A stretch of 63,121 nucleotides of DNA, the filler included, from Octopus bimaculoides (Eukaryota): NCBI RefSeq assembly GCF_001194135.2. It is 7 parts of 7 records of this genome, joined end to end, with 100 filler letters (N's around TTAATTAATTAA, not from the genome) between each part and the next. Parts side by side here need not be neighbours in the genome. Positions count along the whole stretch, not along the records: positions 15,801 to 40,300 come from NC_068983.1; 6 more parts are not named here. The stretch is one strand, 5' to 3'. This document shows positions 28,028 to 39,589 of this stretch, piece by piece. Position numbers and translations under genes: made by a program. The first letter of the stretch is position 1. The number at the start of each line of letters is the position of its first letter. The notes beneath the pieces are model-generated. The model was not told where the DNA came from. It made no database searches and saw only the letters and a list, made by a program, of their open reading frames with translations.

Positions 28028-28803
28028 GTATATATATATATATATATNNNNNNNNNNNNNNNNNNNNNNNNNNNNNNNNNNNNNNNNNNNNNNNNNNNNN
28101 NNNNNNNNNNNNNNNNNNNNNNNNNNNNNNNNNNNNNNNNNNNNNNNNNNNNNNNNNNNNNNNNNNNNNNNNNNNNNNNNNNNNNNNNNNNNNNNNNNNN
28201 NNNNNNNNNNNNNNNNNNNNNNNNNNNNNNNNNNNNNNNNNNNNNNNNNNNNNNNNNNNNNNNNNNNNNNNNNNNNNNNNNNNNNNNNNNNNNNNNNNNN
28301 NNNNNNNNNNNNNNNNNNNNNNNNNNNNNNNNNNNNNNNNNNNNNNNNNNNNNNNNNNNNNNNNNNNNNNNNNNNNNNNNNNNNNNNNNNNNNNNNNNNN
28401 NNNNNNNNNNNNNNNNNNNNNNNNNNNNNNNNNNNNNNNNNNNNNNNNNNNNNNNNNNNNNNNNNNNNNNNNNNNNNNNNNNNNNNNNNNNNNNNNNNNN
28501 NNNNNNNNNNNNNNNNNNNNNNNNNNNNNNNNNNNNNNNNNNNNNNNNNNNNNNNNNNNNNNNNNNNNNNNNNNNNNNNNNNNNNNNNNNNNNNNNNNNN
28601 NNNNNNNNNNNNNNNNNNNNNNNNNNNNNNNNNNNNNNNNNNNNNNNNNNNNNNNNNNNNNNNNNNNNNNNNNNNNNNNNNNNNNNNNNNNNNNNNNNNN
28701 NNNNNNNNNNNNNNNNNNNNNNNNNNNNNNNNNNNNNNNNNNNNNNNNNNNNNNNNNNNNNNNNNNNNNNNNNNNNNNNNNNNNNNNNNNNNNNNNNNNN
28801 NNN

Positions 28804-28841
<38 letters not shown>

Positions 28842-29309
28842 GCATAGACACTGCTAGGCACATGAGATAGATAAACAGAAAGACAGCTGCAGTTATTCAA
28901 AGACAAATTAAGCGACATCGTTTCTCTTTGATGACTTTCAAAAAGTTTAAATGAAGCGCCCGCAGTCTAAGTTATGTAATTTGGGAATTATGAAGCAGAG
29001 TTACTTCCCTCAAAATTTAGATGTTGGTAATAATAATAACCCTATCTACTATAGGTACAAAGCCTAGGTTTTTGTGGGGAGGAGGACAATCGATCACATC
29101 AGCCCCAATACTTGACTGATACTTAATTTATCGATTTGATGATTTGTTCTGTCATTTTTTTACTTCTAATTTTGTTTTAGAACTTTTTTTTTCATTCAAA
29201 AGAAAATTATATATTGAATTTTTTCAGAAACATCATGGTAAAAGGAAAATATCATAATTTACAGAAATAATTATAGAAATAAGTTTATTAGTGATAGAGT
29301 TAAATTTAC

Positions 29310-29476
29310 CTTTCTAAGTTCATCAGATATAACAAAATTTTCATAATACTCATCAAAACATTTGTATAGTCTTCCACTCTCATAGATAACTCCATTCTCT
29401 TTCAATCGATCAAAAAATTCCATAGAAAGGAGAGAACAGGGTACTATCTCTATGTCAACTTTGGATGCCTTTTGGC
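29310..29476 (-). CDS. CFAP300: CFAP300 coding exon 4 (QKASKVDIEIVPCSLLSMEFFDRLKENGVIYESGRLYKCFDEYYENFVISDELRK)
   Basis: 167 nt inside ORF 29271-29495, ttattacag| acceptor and AAG|gtaaat donor. Contains the family hallmarks VPC..LSM.FF.RL and ISDELR. Confidence 0.96.
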
Positions 29477-29760
29477 CTGTAATAACATAAAACAAGTCTT
29501 ATAATTGTGGATGAATATTTCATTCCTTCAAATTTAATGAATGTTTACACCAACAGTAATAATCGTAAATGATTATAAGCATGAATTTGAAACCAAAAAA
29601 GATATCCTTTACATTAAAATCCTAGCTGTTAGTTTATACATAATAATAATTTCCAACATAGAAATCAACATGTAAAAATTATTTCTAATATTTTGTCAGA
29701 ATAATGGACAAAATATCAATTATAATGTATATTTTATATTTGTAATATTTAAGATTCTTT

Positions 29761-29980
29761 TAGGTGGTGAGCTGGCAGAATCATTACCTTGCCGGGCAAA
29801 ATGCTTAGCAGCATTTCATCTGTCTTTACATTCCAAGTTCAAATTCCACCAAGGTCGGCTTTACTTTTCATCTTTTTGGAACTAATGAAATAAGTACCAG
29901 TTGAGCACTGGGGTCAATGTAATCAACTTACCCACTTCCTCAAAATTGCTGGCCTTGTGCCAAAATTTGAAATCAATATT
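29761..29980 (+). mobile_element. tRNA-derived SINE family B (ggtggtgagctggcagaa... head)
   Basis: B-box gttcaaattcc. Other copies: 24187-24417, 24563-24670, 24880-25088, 25775-25984, 26058-26272, 29045-29140, 35170-35305, 53590-53808 (all minus); decayed plus copies near 8370-8500 and 39270-39430. Confidence 0.9.
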
Positions 29981-30948
29981 TAAGTTTCTTTTAATTTTAT
30001 AGTAAGAAAAATTATCTATAAGCTCAAAAATGACTTTTATTCATTATATTATATGATAAATAATTTAATGGCATTTGAAGAAATCAATGTTGTGACTTCT
30101 GTAGCATGGATTCAAACTTGCATTGCCATATTACGAATTTCAAGTCATAACTTAACAATGGCTTGGTCATATGTGCAGCTGAGTTACTGTCCAACCAGCA
30201 GCTGCTGTCCATGTGATAGTTTCTCCAGATCACCTGGAAGATTCTACAAACACAGCCGATAAATAGAGTCCTTTTGACACCAATTTTGGTATATTTTTGG
30301 GAGCAATACGAAATACAGATTCTGCTGTAGTCATTCTAGTGACTACATACTTAACCGATTTGTGATGGTAGTAGAAGACAATGAAACACTAATGTATATA
30401 TGGTCCTATGTTAATTCAATCTTTGTGCCTAGCTTTGATATCCATTTTACATGTTGAATTATAGTGCTCCATCTTGCTTACTCTACATGTATAATTGTAA
30501 TGCATGAACATCTTTTCACAACTAGTATGACATAACAAATCATGTTTAAATGTTTGCTTTGTATAGTTTAGTTATTACATGTTGCTTTTCCATGAACTAA
30601 CCACATCTCATTCCAGTGACATTGGTACAACATACACAACAGGAAACACTTCCATAGGGTAATTTCAGTCAGTATTAAAAAATATGGAGGAAACGGTGTA
30701 TTTGAACCTGACATTAACTATGTCTGGCAAGTGAATTCTCAAGATAAACTATTTGACCATGGCTTCCAGTCAGTCTTTTGTCTCTTGGAGAAGATTTTTT
30801 TTTTGTCAGCTATCACAATGTATGCTTATAGCACTCATCCTGACTCACAATTTCCCTGTGCCCCAAAGTGTTATTTTAAACCATCCCCACCATACATACA
30901 CTCTTCTTATATGTCAATGAACTACATACCATCACCTCTAGTGATGTC

Positions 30949-31310
30949 CACTTATATGCAGCTGATACTATCCTTCATCCATATGAAAACAACTTTATGA
31001 ACAGAGACCTTGGAAATATTCTCTAGTGTGGATAGAAAAATCTTGTCTTCTTTAACAGTAAAAAGACAATCACTACACATATTAAGCAAAAATATTGTAT
31101 TTCACTCCAACCTAAACATAACGACAAGTCACTACAAATGCTAGATCACCGGAGCACTAATGATCTCTTCTGGAAACGTCACACTGTCAACTAGCAAAGA
31201 CTGCATCAGAAAATAACTGGCCTTCCTCTTCAGGACCAGAAAATATATCAGTTTCTTAACAATTTCCAACATTATACAAAACTAAAGTGAAACCCACAAA
31301 GGAACTGTAA
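30949..31310 (+). mobile_element. Decayed CR1/L2-group LINE reverse transcriptase fragment
   Basis: HLYAADTILH...NRDLGNIL*CG*KNLVFFNSKKT (YADD-like) followed by LAFLFRTRKY...LYKTKVKPT. Confidence 0.75.
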
Positions 31311-32272
31311 GATACACACTGGGAACTGAAAGATACTTTAAACTACATCCCAAAGTACTTCTGCTAACCCACAGACAGGCTGTCACTTCACACTGCCTTT
31401 TATTCTAGTTACAGTGGCCACTTTCTCTTGGAGCTAGTTACTCTAGTGCCACCTCATTACAGGCCCTGCTGACTCATTCATCATGCACATTGTACCAACA
31501 CTTTCACGCACTGCAGTAGTCACTACATTTAGTTCTTCCTCCTCAGAACATCAGTTCCCCTCCCTTCCTGCTCATGTTTTCCTGGTAGCCATCGAGTTAC
31601 AGCTGTTCAAGGGACACATCAACCATATCAAACTCACCAATTTCAAAGGTTCTGTGAAGGCCATGGGCACACCCATTCTTCTAGACCAAATAATTAAAAA
31701 TAAATAAATGAAACTTGTGAGAGGTGATCATAATTATTATCCTTTTATGTTTGCTTTCCATTGTGATATGAATTGGACAGTTGCCACTCTCTGAGTTCTT
31801 ATTTGGTTGGAGGATACGTCTCGCTTTTATTATGGCACCAACACTAGAATCTTGACTGCAACAAAATAAGACTAAAGTTTTCTCTGCTTTACAACATGTA
31901 ATGTGTACATTTTATAGTGACATTAGCACTAGTGAGGCTACTTTGTACCCTGCAGGATAAAAGGGTTCTTCTCCTTGCTCAATATTGTTCCAAACAATGT
32001 GACCAATAGAGAAATAGAAAAGAAGGCAATAATAGGAGATGAATAAGAGTGAGACGGAGAATATATAATGCATATTTGCTAAACTATCAAAAATGTTCCT
32101 ATTAACACTCTATCTCAAACTGGTGTATATGTATTTTAGTAATTGTAGAGGTATGAAAGGTCATGTTTAGTGACTTTTCATGTCTCTTGTCGTACAATCA
32201 GTAAAGTGAGTTGTGGTATGATAAATAAAGAAAAAAATTAATTGCAAGAAACATCACCAAAATAAAACATAC

Positions 32273-32342
32273 CAAGTCTGCTCCAACCATTAGCTGAGCA
32301 AATTTCCAAGTTGCTAATTATTGTTGGATTATTAAAAAAGCT
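32273..32342 (-). CDS. CFAP300: CFAP300 coding exon 3 (SFFNNPTIISNLEICSANGWSRL-G)
   Basis: 70 nt, ttatttcag| acceptor and |gtatgt donor. Aligns to human [26 protein letters not shown]. Confidence 0.92.
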
Positions 32343-32885
32343 CTGAAATAAAAAAATAAAAAAATATGTATATATAAGTTATACTATCATTTTATTCTTG
32401 ATTAAAGTGAGACTCTCACAAAAACTAGATGACAAATAATTCAACCTTGAATTTATTGACCGTCAGATGGCAGTTGACATAATTTCAAAAGCTGTTTAGC
32501 AAAAAAGAAATCTATGTATCAATGAATGGCTTGTCATTGTCTTCTTTTTCTTTTTATGTCTTCAGTTCTATTAAAGACATTCAAGAATTATGAAGGAAAT
32601 AATTATTTAAATAACCTTGAAAATGTTATCTTTACAAGCTTCTTTGCACAGATTTTTTGATTTTCAAAGAAGTGACTACAGAGGTTTGAATGTACTTGAG
32701 TCAAAAGACATTAAAAGCATTCTGGATAATGATCCAGAGAATTCATAAACTTCAGCTTTTTATTGTTGTTGGAAATATGAGTGAGTGTATGTGAAGTTTT
32801 CAAAAGTATTTGATCACTCATCATTGGCCATGTCTACATCTGTAGCATATCCATTGCATTGATAACAATACTAATGCATTTACTC

Positions 32886-33896
32886 TGTAGCGAAACTTCT
32901 CTCTCAGTTATATATATGTGAATGCGGACGGAGCAGATAACATCTAGCTTTCGGCCACATCTTTGGACCCTGTTGTGTCCACCACTCTGATTGGTTGGTA
33001 TTGGCACACTTTTGTCTCTAGTTCTATTTTGCGCCAGGGCGTAAACCAACCAATCATAGCCTTCTGATAAGGTCACGTGGAGCAATTTTCTGAACCCCTG
33101 CTTGAGCTGATTATTTTCTTGTAAATAGCTAGCTTGTCTGCGCTAAGTTTGTCTTGGCCTTAGACCTTCTGAGGTCTAGCCGCTGACCACAGAGCACCAG
33201 CCAGTTCCAGCGACGACACAACTCTGCTCCACTGGAGAACCAACACCACTGTTCAACTAACTGTTTACTACAAGCTTCTTCGTTGCCAGTGTCTACATCA
33301 ACGTCTCAACGTACACACCAAACCAGCAACGCTAACATAACTTTCTCCACGCTGTTTGTGTGAAATGCTTCACCAGGGTTAACAGCCAGAATTCAACCTA
33401 CGAGAACTCCTGTACCAAGTAACCGGCCACAGCATTGAAGCCTCAACTTCTTACATGACATGTGTCTTACTATGGCTCTGCCTTCAATGCCACAACCTCT
33501 TGGTACAGCACTTCAACTTACTGTGTACCTTAGCTACGAACTGGTATTTCTAATCCTTGTGTCTGGGCTTTTAACATCCTTATTACAGACTGTTTTCTAT
33601 GCTCTGTATCACTTGCATTCACATACACATATTTGTATATACACACACTCTTTGTTTACACAATGGCCTGTCTTATATTGTGTTTCATTATGTCCCATTC
33701 ACTCACACACAGACATTCTAGTTGACTACCAATAAAACCTTACTTTTATACATTTGTTACCAGTTGAGTCTCTCTCCTTTTTTGTTGGCACTTAACTCTT
33801 TATTAACTCATTCCATCTTTTGTTTTTTATATTTTGTGCCTACCATGCGATGCGCTAAAGGAGCTGTTCCTTCGTCACCATCTCCTGGTCGCTACA
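32886..33896 (+). mobile_element. Solo LTR, 1011 bp, probably Ty3/Gypsy-like
   Basis: 8-bp inverted termini TGTAGCGA...TCGCTACA and a perfect 4-bp TSD ACTC (32882-32885, 33897-33900). AATAAA near 33730 on +. No internal coding region. Confidence 0.85.
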
Positions 33897-34207
33897 ACTC
33901 ACAAACTCTTACATATTGATGTGGCCATTACTAATACTTTAGTGGCATGTACTACTTTGCAAATATCTGTTGGAAACTAGTAGTGACTAAACTAGAAAGA
34001 ATAGACAGCTACAAAGAAGAGATGTTAACCTCAACACACTAGATCGGCATGAAATATTTACAACTCTGACATCAACAAATGACATCAGTATACATCACTT
34101 CAATTGCACACAACCACAATAAGAAACCTTTTGGAAATTACTGAAAGGTGCAGTAAATCCTGTTATTAAGTGAGTCTAGATATTGGAAGAAGGAAATGGG
34201 TAGGATA

Positions 34208-34412
34208 TAAGGAGGTGCTGAAAAGTTCCTGGCTTTGGGTAAAAGAAGATATAAGAGGATCAGTTAATCATGATTTTATTCAACTATTCCCTTCTCAGAT
34301 TCACAGTGGTCCTTCAGTTTTTCTAAACCCTGTAAAAGAACTCAGAATGTTGGGCCTTCAGCCAGTCCTTTTGAGATATCCTTAAAGCCAGGAACTTTGA
34401 AGCACCCCCTCC
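34208..34412. mobile_element. Mariner-type MITE, about 205 bp
   Basis: TIRs aggaggtgctgaaaagttcctggcttt (34210-34236) and aaagccaggaactttgaagcaccccct (34384-34410), preceded by TA. Confidence 0.8.
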
Positions 34413-34565
34413 ATATGAATAATTGAAGCTGTAAGACTGAGACAGAATAGGTATAATAAGAGATGAAGATTAATGATAATGCTTATGATAAATACCATGA
34501 TAATACTATTCAACAATATAGAAAAAGTGTTTTATAGTTAAGAAATAGATAAAACTAATACATAC

Positions 34566-34647
34566 ATTAATCAGAGTCTTGTACTGATAAGATTGAAATG
34601 CTTGATCAAAAGAAAATAGTTGAATTTTCAGAGTATCCTTCATACCC
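34566..34647 (-). CDS. CFAP300: CFAP300 coding exon 2 (GMKDTLKIQLFSFDQAFQSYQYKTLIN)
   Basis: 82 nt, tatacacag| acceptor and |gtatgt donor; phase continues exon 1. Matches the conserved F.FDQ.FQSY motif. Confidence 0.93.
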
Positions 34648-35395
34648 CTGTGTATATAAAAAGGAAGGTAGAGAAATTAGAAAAAAGACATCAAAGTGGA
34701 CCATAATTAAATGTAATTAATTATTTACCATGTCTCTGAGTCCCAGTCATAAAATCAGAAAAGCTCTCTTTAGTGATGCTATAGCCATAATAAAATTCTC
34801 CTGGAGTTGGAGTCTTCTCTAAGTAACTGTGATATATCCTTCCTTCATGGAAAGGATATGAGTCTACTGTAAGTCTTTTGGAATGATTTCATGATTAATA
34901 AAGCAATTATTAGTTGTGGTTTTGCATCTTACATAGAAAAGCGCAGTTGCTTTTTGAGTCCTATTTCCAATTAAGAAGACTTAACTGTTGAAAATTAAGA
35001 GACTTTACCAGTAGCAGTAGTATGTTTGATATTGTTAATATTAAAGCCAAGATGTCTGTAGTGGGGCTGCATGCCCAACACCCCCACTGGAAATTATTAA
35101 CTGGATAAAAATACTTATTTAAAGTGCAAAGGAGAGATTATAGTATTTTACAATTTTTCTACCCTGAATATCGTATTGTTTTCAACTTGAGGCACAAGTA
35201 ATTTCAAGGGAGCGGGGTTAGTCAATTATATTGATCTTAGTTTTCTACTGGTATTTATTTTATCACTCACAAAAGGATGAAGCAAAATCAACCTCAGCAG
35301 AATTCTCAAATTTCAATGGGTAATTCGAGACAAACTGAAACAGTGATTTGTTTGTATATATTGTGTTATAGAACAGATAAAAATTTTTGTATTCG

Positions 35396-35966
35396 AAGTT
35401 TATTCATGTAAAAAATTGTCGTATTTCGGTAATTTCAACCAATCACTGACGTCTATTGAGGTGAAAACAATTACTGCCGTGGAATGTAAACAACATGTTC
35501 TAACGGTGTCATGGGATCTTTTCCCTTGAATAAAATTAGTGCTGTAGTTTGTCAACAACAACTATCCGTGGTACTGTTATTTATGACATCGTTCGTGCGT
35601 TTGTACTGGTTTTAGCTTTAGGGCTTTAGGGTTAGGGTTCGGGCTTTAGAGTTAGGGTTTGTTTTAGGGTTACGGTTAGGGTTATGATTATTTTTGCCAT
35701 AACCTCACTCATAACCCTAACCCTAAAACCCTATAACTCATAACCATAACCCTAACCCTAACCCTAAAACCCTAACTCTAAAACCCGAACCCTAACCCTT
35801 AAACCCTAAACCCTTACTAGAGAATAATGATATAATTAAACAGGGAATAACACTCTCGACACCGGCAAAAATTATTGTTTACAAAAACAGTAGTAACTGT
35901 ATTCAGCTGAATAGACGTCAGTGATTGGTTGAAATTACAGAAATACGACAACTTTAACATGAAATA
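35396..35966. repeat. Foldback element with head-to-head degenerate (TTAGGG)n and (CCCTAA)n arrays
   Basis: 42-bp inverted arms 35416-35457 and 35910-35951 (41/42 match). TTAGGG-type array about 35611-35687, CCCTAA-type array about 35698-35815. Confidence 0.85.
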
Positions 35967-37123
35967 ACTTATTAAGAAGAAACTTTTGTTAAGACGGCTA
36001 AGAGAAAACGATGTTTTATATGACACATTCTACCAGTATCCAAACTTTGAAAGTGTTTCGTTAAGAAAACAAGTGGTGCCCGTCAAATCAGAAAGATCCG
36101 TAATAGATTAGCCAAAAAACCGTACCGCTTGACAACCGGTGTTGGTGTGTTTATGTCCCTGTAACTTAGTGGTTCACCAGAAAGAACCGATAGAATAAGT
36201 ACCATGCTTATAAAGGGGTGACTACTGGGGTCGATTCATTCAACTAAGATTTTTTTTTTTTTTTGCTTAATCGTATAAGATACAGTTTATCTTTTATTAT
36301 TATTTTTTAAAAGTTACGACTGGCGAAATGGTGTGCTTCAATCAGAACTTAGCCCCGATTATATCGGAATTGGTTGTGAAAAACTTTTTCGAAGGAGACC
36401 GGGGGTAGTTTCGGATAATTCATATGGATAGACTTTGTCTCTTCGTAACTTTCAGAAAGATGGAAATATTTTAATGAAATTTTCTTCAGATACGTTTCAA
36501 ATAGTGTAAATTACGATTATATCGGAGTTTAATGTGAANNNNNNNNNNNNNNNNNNNNNNNNNNNNNNNNNNNNNNNNNNNNNNNNNNNNNNNNNNNNNN
36601 NNNNNNNNNNNNNNNNNNNNNNNNNNNNNNNNNNNNNNNNNNNNNNNNNNNNNNNNNNNNNNNNNNNNNNNNNNNNNNNNNNNNNNNNNNNNNNNNNNNN
36701 NNNNNNNNNNNNNNNNNNNNNNNNNNNNNNNNNNNNNNNNNNNNNNNNNNNNNNNNNNNNNNNNNNNNNNNNNNNNNNNNNNNNNNNNNNNNNNNNNNNN
36801 NNNNNNNNNNNNNNNNNNNNNNNNNNNNNNNNNNNNNNNNNNNNNNNNNNNNNNNNNNNNNNNNNNNNNNNNNNNNNNNNNNNNNNNNNNNNNNNNNNNN
36901 NNNNNNNNNNNNNNNNNNNNNNNNNNNNNNNNNNNNNNNNNNNNNNNNNNNNNNNNNNNNNNNNNNNNNNNNNNNNNNNNNNNNNNNNNNNNNNNNNNNN
37001 NNNNNNNNNNNNNNNNNNNNNNNNNNNNNNNNNNNNNNNNNNNNNNNNNNNNNNNNNNNNNNNNNNNNNNNNNNNNNNNNNNNNNNNNNNNNNNNNNNNN
37101 NNNNNNNNNNNNNNNNNNNNNNN

Positions 37124-37672
37124 GTATTCAATAATAAATGTGATCGAGGCATACATATGGCATTACTCTAAATCAATTCATCTTAAATATGAAACAAATT
37201 CAGGGAATGGGGCACACATGTGTAAGTAAGATCGTTAAAGAAGCCCTAATTTTAATTTCTCAGATTCGAGAACATTTTTGAAAATACTAAAGATTTAACA
37301 TTGGCTACCGATGAAGTTTCGAGAACATTTTGTAGTAAATACGTATACATTATCAAAGTTTTTATCTAAGTGCTATAAAGAGGATTCCAGAATAGTATGA
37401 AAAATAAAAAACACTATAGAAATTTTAATGAAAATTACTAAAGAATTATCGCATAAATTAATGCAAGTAGCATAAATTTAACAATGTTTTAATGCCGGTT
37501 GCTAAGGGAGGTTAGAGGATATTATGGAAACTTCCAAATTATCGTCTGCTTTTTGAGAGTTACTTACAGATACATGTTTTTTCGAATTTCTTTTTAAAAT
37601 GAATGTATTCAATAATAAATGTGATCGAGGCATACATATGGCATTGCTCTAAATCAATTCATCTTAAATATG
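37124..37672 (+). repeat. 68-bp direct repeat with 481-bp period
   Basis: 37124-37191 versus 37605-37672, one mismatch. The first copy begins exactly at the edge of an N gap. Confidence 0.9.
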
Positions 37673-37945
37673 TATTATTATCAATAAAAATATACATAAA
37701 ACTGAAAGAAGTAAATAGTTATATTGATTTTTCTATATACTGACGATATATCAGCTTTAAAAAGATGAATACTGTTTGAGAGCCAAACAGTTCCCAAGAA
37801 AATTTAATACATAATCAAAGTGAAATGGTTCCAACTGAGCATCAATACTTGAAGAAAAGTTATAATATAATAACAGTAGAAAAATTTTTCAGACGTGTGA
37901 GTACATATGCATATACAGACAGATACGGAGAAATAGAAAACTTAC

Positions 37946-38049
37946 CATTTCATAAGAAAGTCGCAGTTATCCTTCTGTTCTGTGAATGAAAATGTTTTCC
38001 CAGGCACATGGCGGAAAGTGAAACAGGTGATTTCTTCTGAATTAGTCAT
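37946..38049 (-). CDS. CFAP300: CFAP300/C11orf70 coding exon 1 (MTNSEEITCFTFRHVPGKTFSFTEQKDNCDFLMK-W)
   Basis: ATG at 38049, 104 nt, donor TG|GTAAGT. Resembles the human N-terminus YYFRFLPQKTF...LRQW. A polypyrimidine acceptor (ttttttttcttttaag) ending at 38071 suggests an upstream non-coding exon. Confidence 0.88.
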
Positions 38050-39575
38050 TTCTTTGATTCTTGTTTGTATCTTAAAAGAAAAAAAAGTCTTCACAAATGT
38101 TTGGGTTAGCTTATTGTCCTAAGATTCTACTGAGGTTAAGGACTGGACGTGTGACTTATCTACCAACCTTGTGTAGGGTGGTGAGGGAGAGCTTAGTGAT
38201 GGTGGTAGTGGATGCTTGATAGAGAGGGACGTCGTGGTGGTACTGATGGCGGTAACACAGAAGCGAAGGACCTTGTGGACAGTGGCAGTGGTGGTAGTTG
38301 TTATTTTAGAATAGATTGTTGAAAAATGACACCGAGGTTGGTGCTTCAAGGTTATAAATTCAAAGCAAACTGAGTCAATTTCATTTTAAACCTATCCAGG
38401 AATATATAAAATAAGTACCTGTCAAATTGTGAGCATGTTAACGACGTATTTTCAAAAATAAAACTATAAGGAGTCGTTAAGCATCACTTAGACTAAAACT
38501 AACCATAATGTAGCAATTAGAATGGGTGGCATATTCTGGGGACTAGTTGCTTCTCCTCTGCTCTATCCACCACAAAAGCAGAGCTGCTCTGGTGGTGGCC
38601 TGTACTGGCAATGTATCAGAAGTCTTTGTTTAGTTACTCTTCTAGAAATTGTACAAAATCTCCCTCAAATAACACACCACCTTAAAAAGAAAAAAGACAT
38701 CTAAGTTTTGTCATCGATATATAGAAGACGAATAGTTATAACTAGAACGCTTATGACCCTAGGTCTACTCGGTCAAGACTAACTTGAGGTTAAACAGCAA
38801 TAGCAACAAATACACACAAATGAGACAAAACAACGGGAGAAATTTAACACTTCACATCTGACATGCTGCACTATATATGTATATAGACTGTCACACACAA
38901 GCCCACATAAGCCAAAACTGTATGTAAGAGTGTGTAGTCTGGATTAACAGACTTTCTATGCGACATATACTGAATAACTTTGATCAATTAAAATCATCCA
39001 AGCAATTAGTAAGAACCAAGGTTGGGGGGGGGGGGAACTTCCTCTAAGGATGTTTAAATTAAGCTAGAAAAACAACTCTAATATTAGTTGATCGAAATAT
39101 TTTAACAATTATGAATAATGTAGGTTGGTAAAATAAGTCAGCTTTTTGGAACAAAAAGTTATCGAGTTATCGAATAATGGTAGCAAGGTTCCTTCCTCCC
39201 AGCATAGTGCTAGCATTTGCATCGAAAGTCTAAAAGGGCACAACTAAATACCACATGGGCTGTTATCCGGTGATCTATCATCTCTGTCAGTCAGTAACCT
39301 GGAAGTATTTAGTTGCATAAATTTATAGTTTAAGTTCAAATCCCACCGTAATCTACCTTGCTTTTCATCCTTCAAGGATCGATAAAATATGTACTCATTA
39401 TTAACTAGATCAATCTAATCGTCTGTATCTACCTCTGAAATAAGGTCGTGTCCTTATGCAAAAAATAATTGAAGAGTAAGGGGTATATTATACCACAATA
39501 TAGGTAACTAAAGCCGGCAACAACGATAAAAAGCAAATAATGACACAAGGGAAGTAACTTTCGTTTAGTGTGCAT

Positions 39576-39589
39576 GTTACTATGGGAAC
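39576..39589. promoter_or_regulatory. RFX X-box GTTACTATGGGAAC
   Basis: Exact match to the X-box consensus GTHNYY-AT-RRNAAC. Lies between divergent CFAP300 and the coiled-coil ORF. RGYAAC half-sites at 39503, 39516 and 39553. Confidence 0.6.

Noticed and set aside
35611-35815. True telomere-telomere fusion site
   Set aside because: The arrays are short, degenerate and enclosed in inverted transposon-like arms within an intron of an intact gene.
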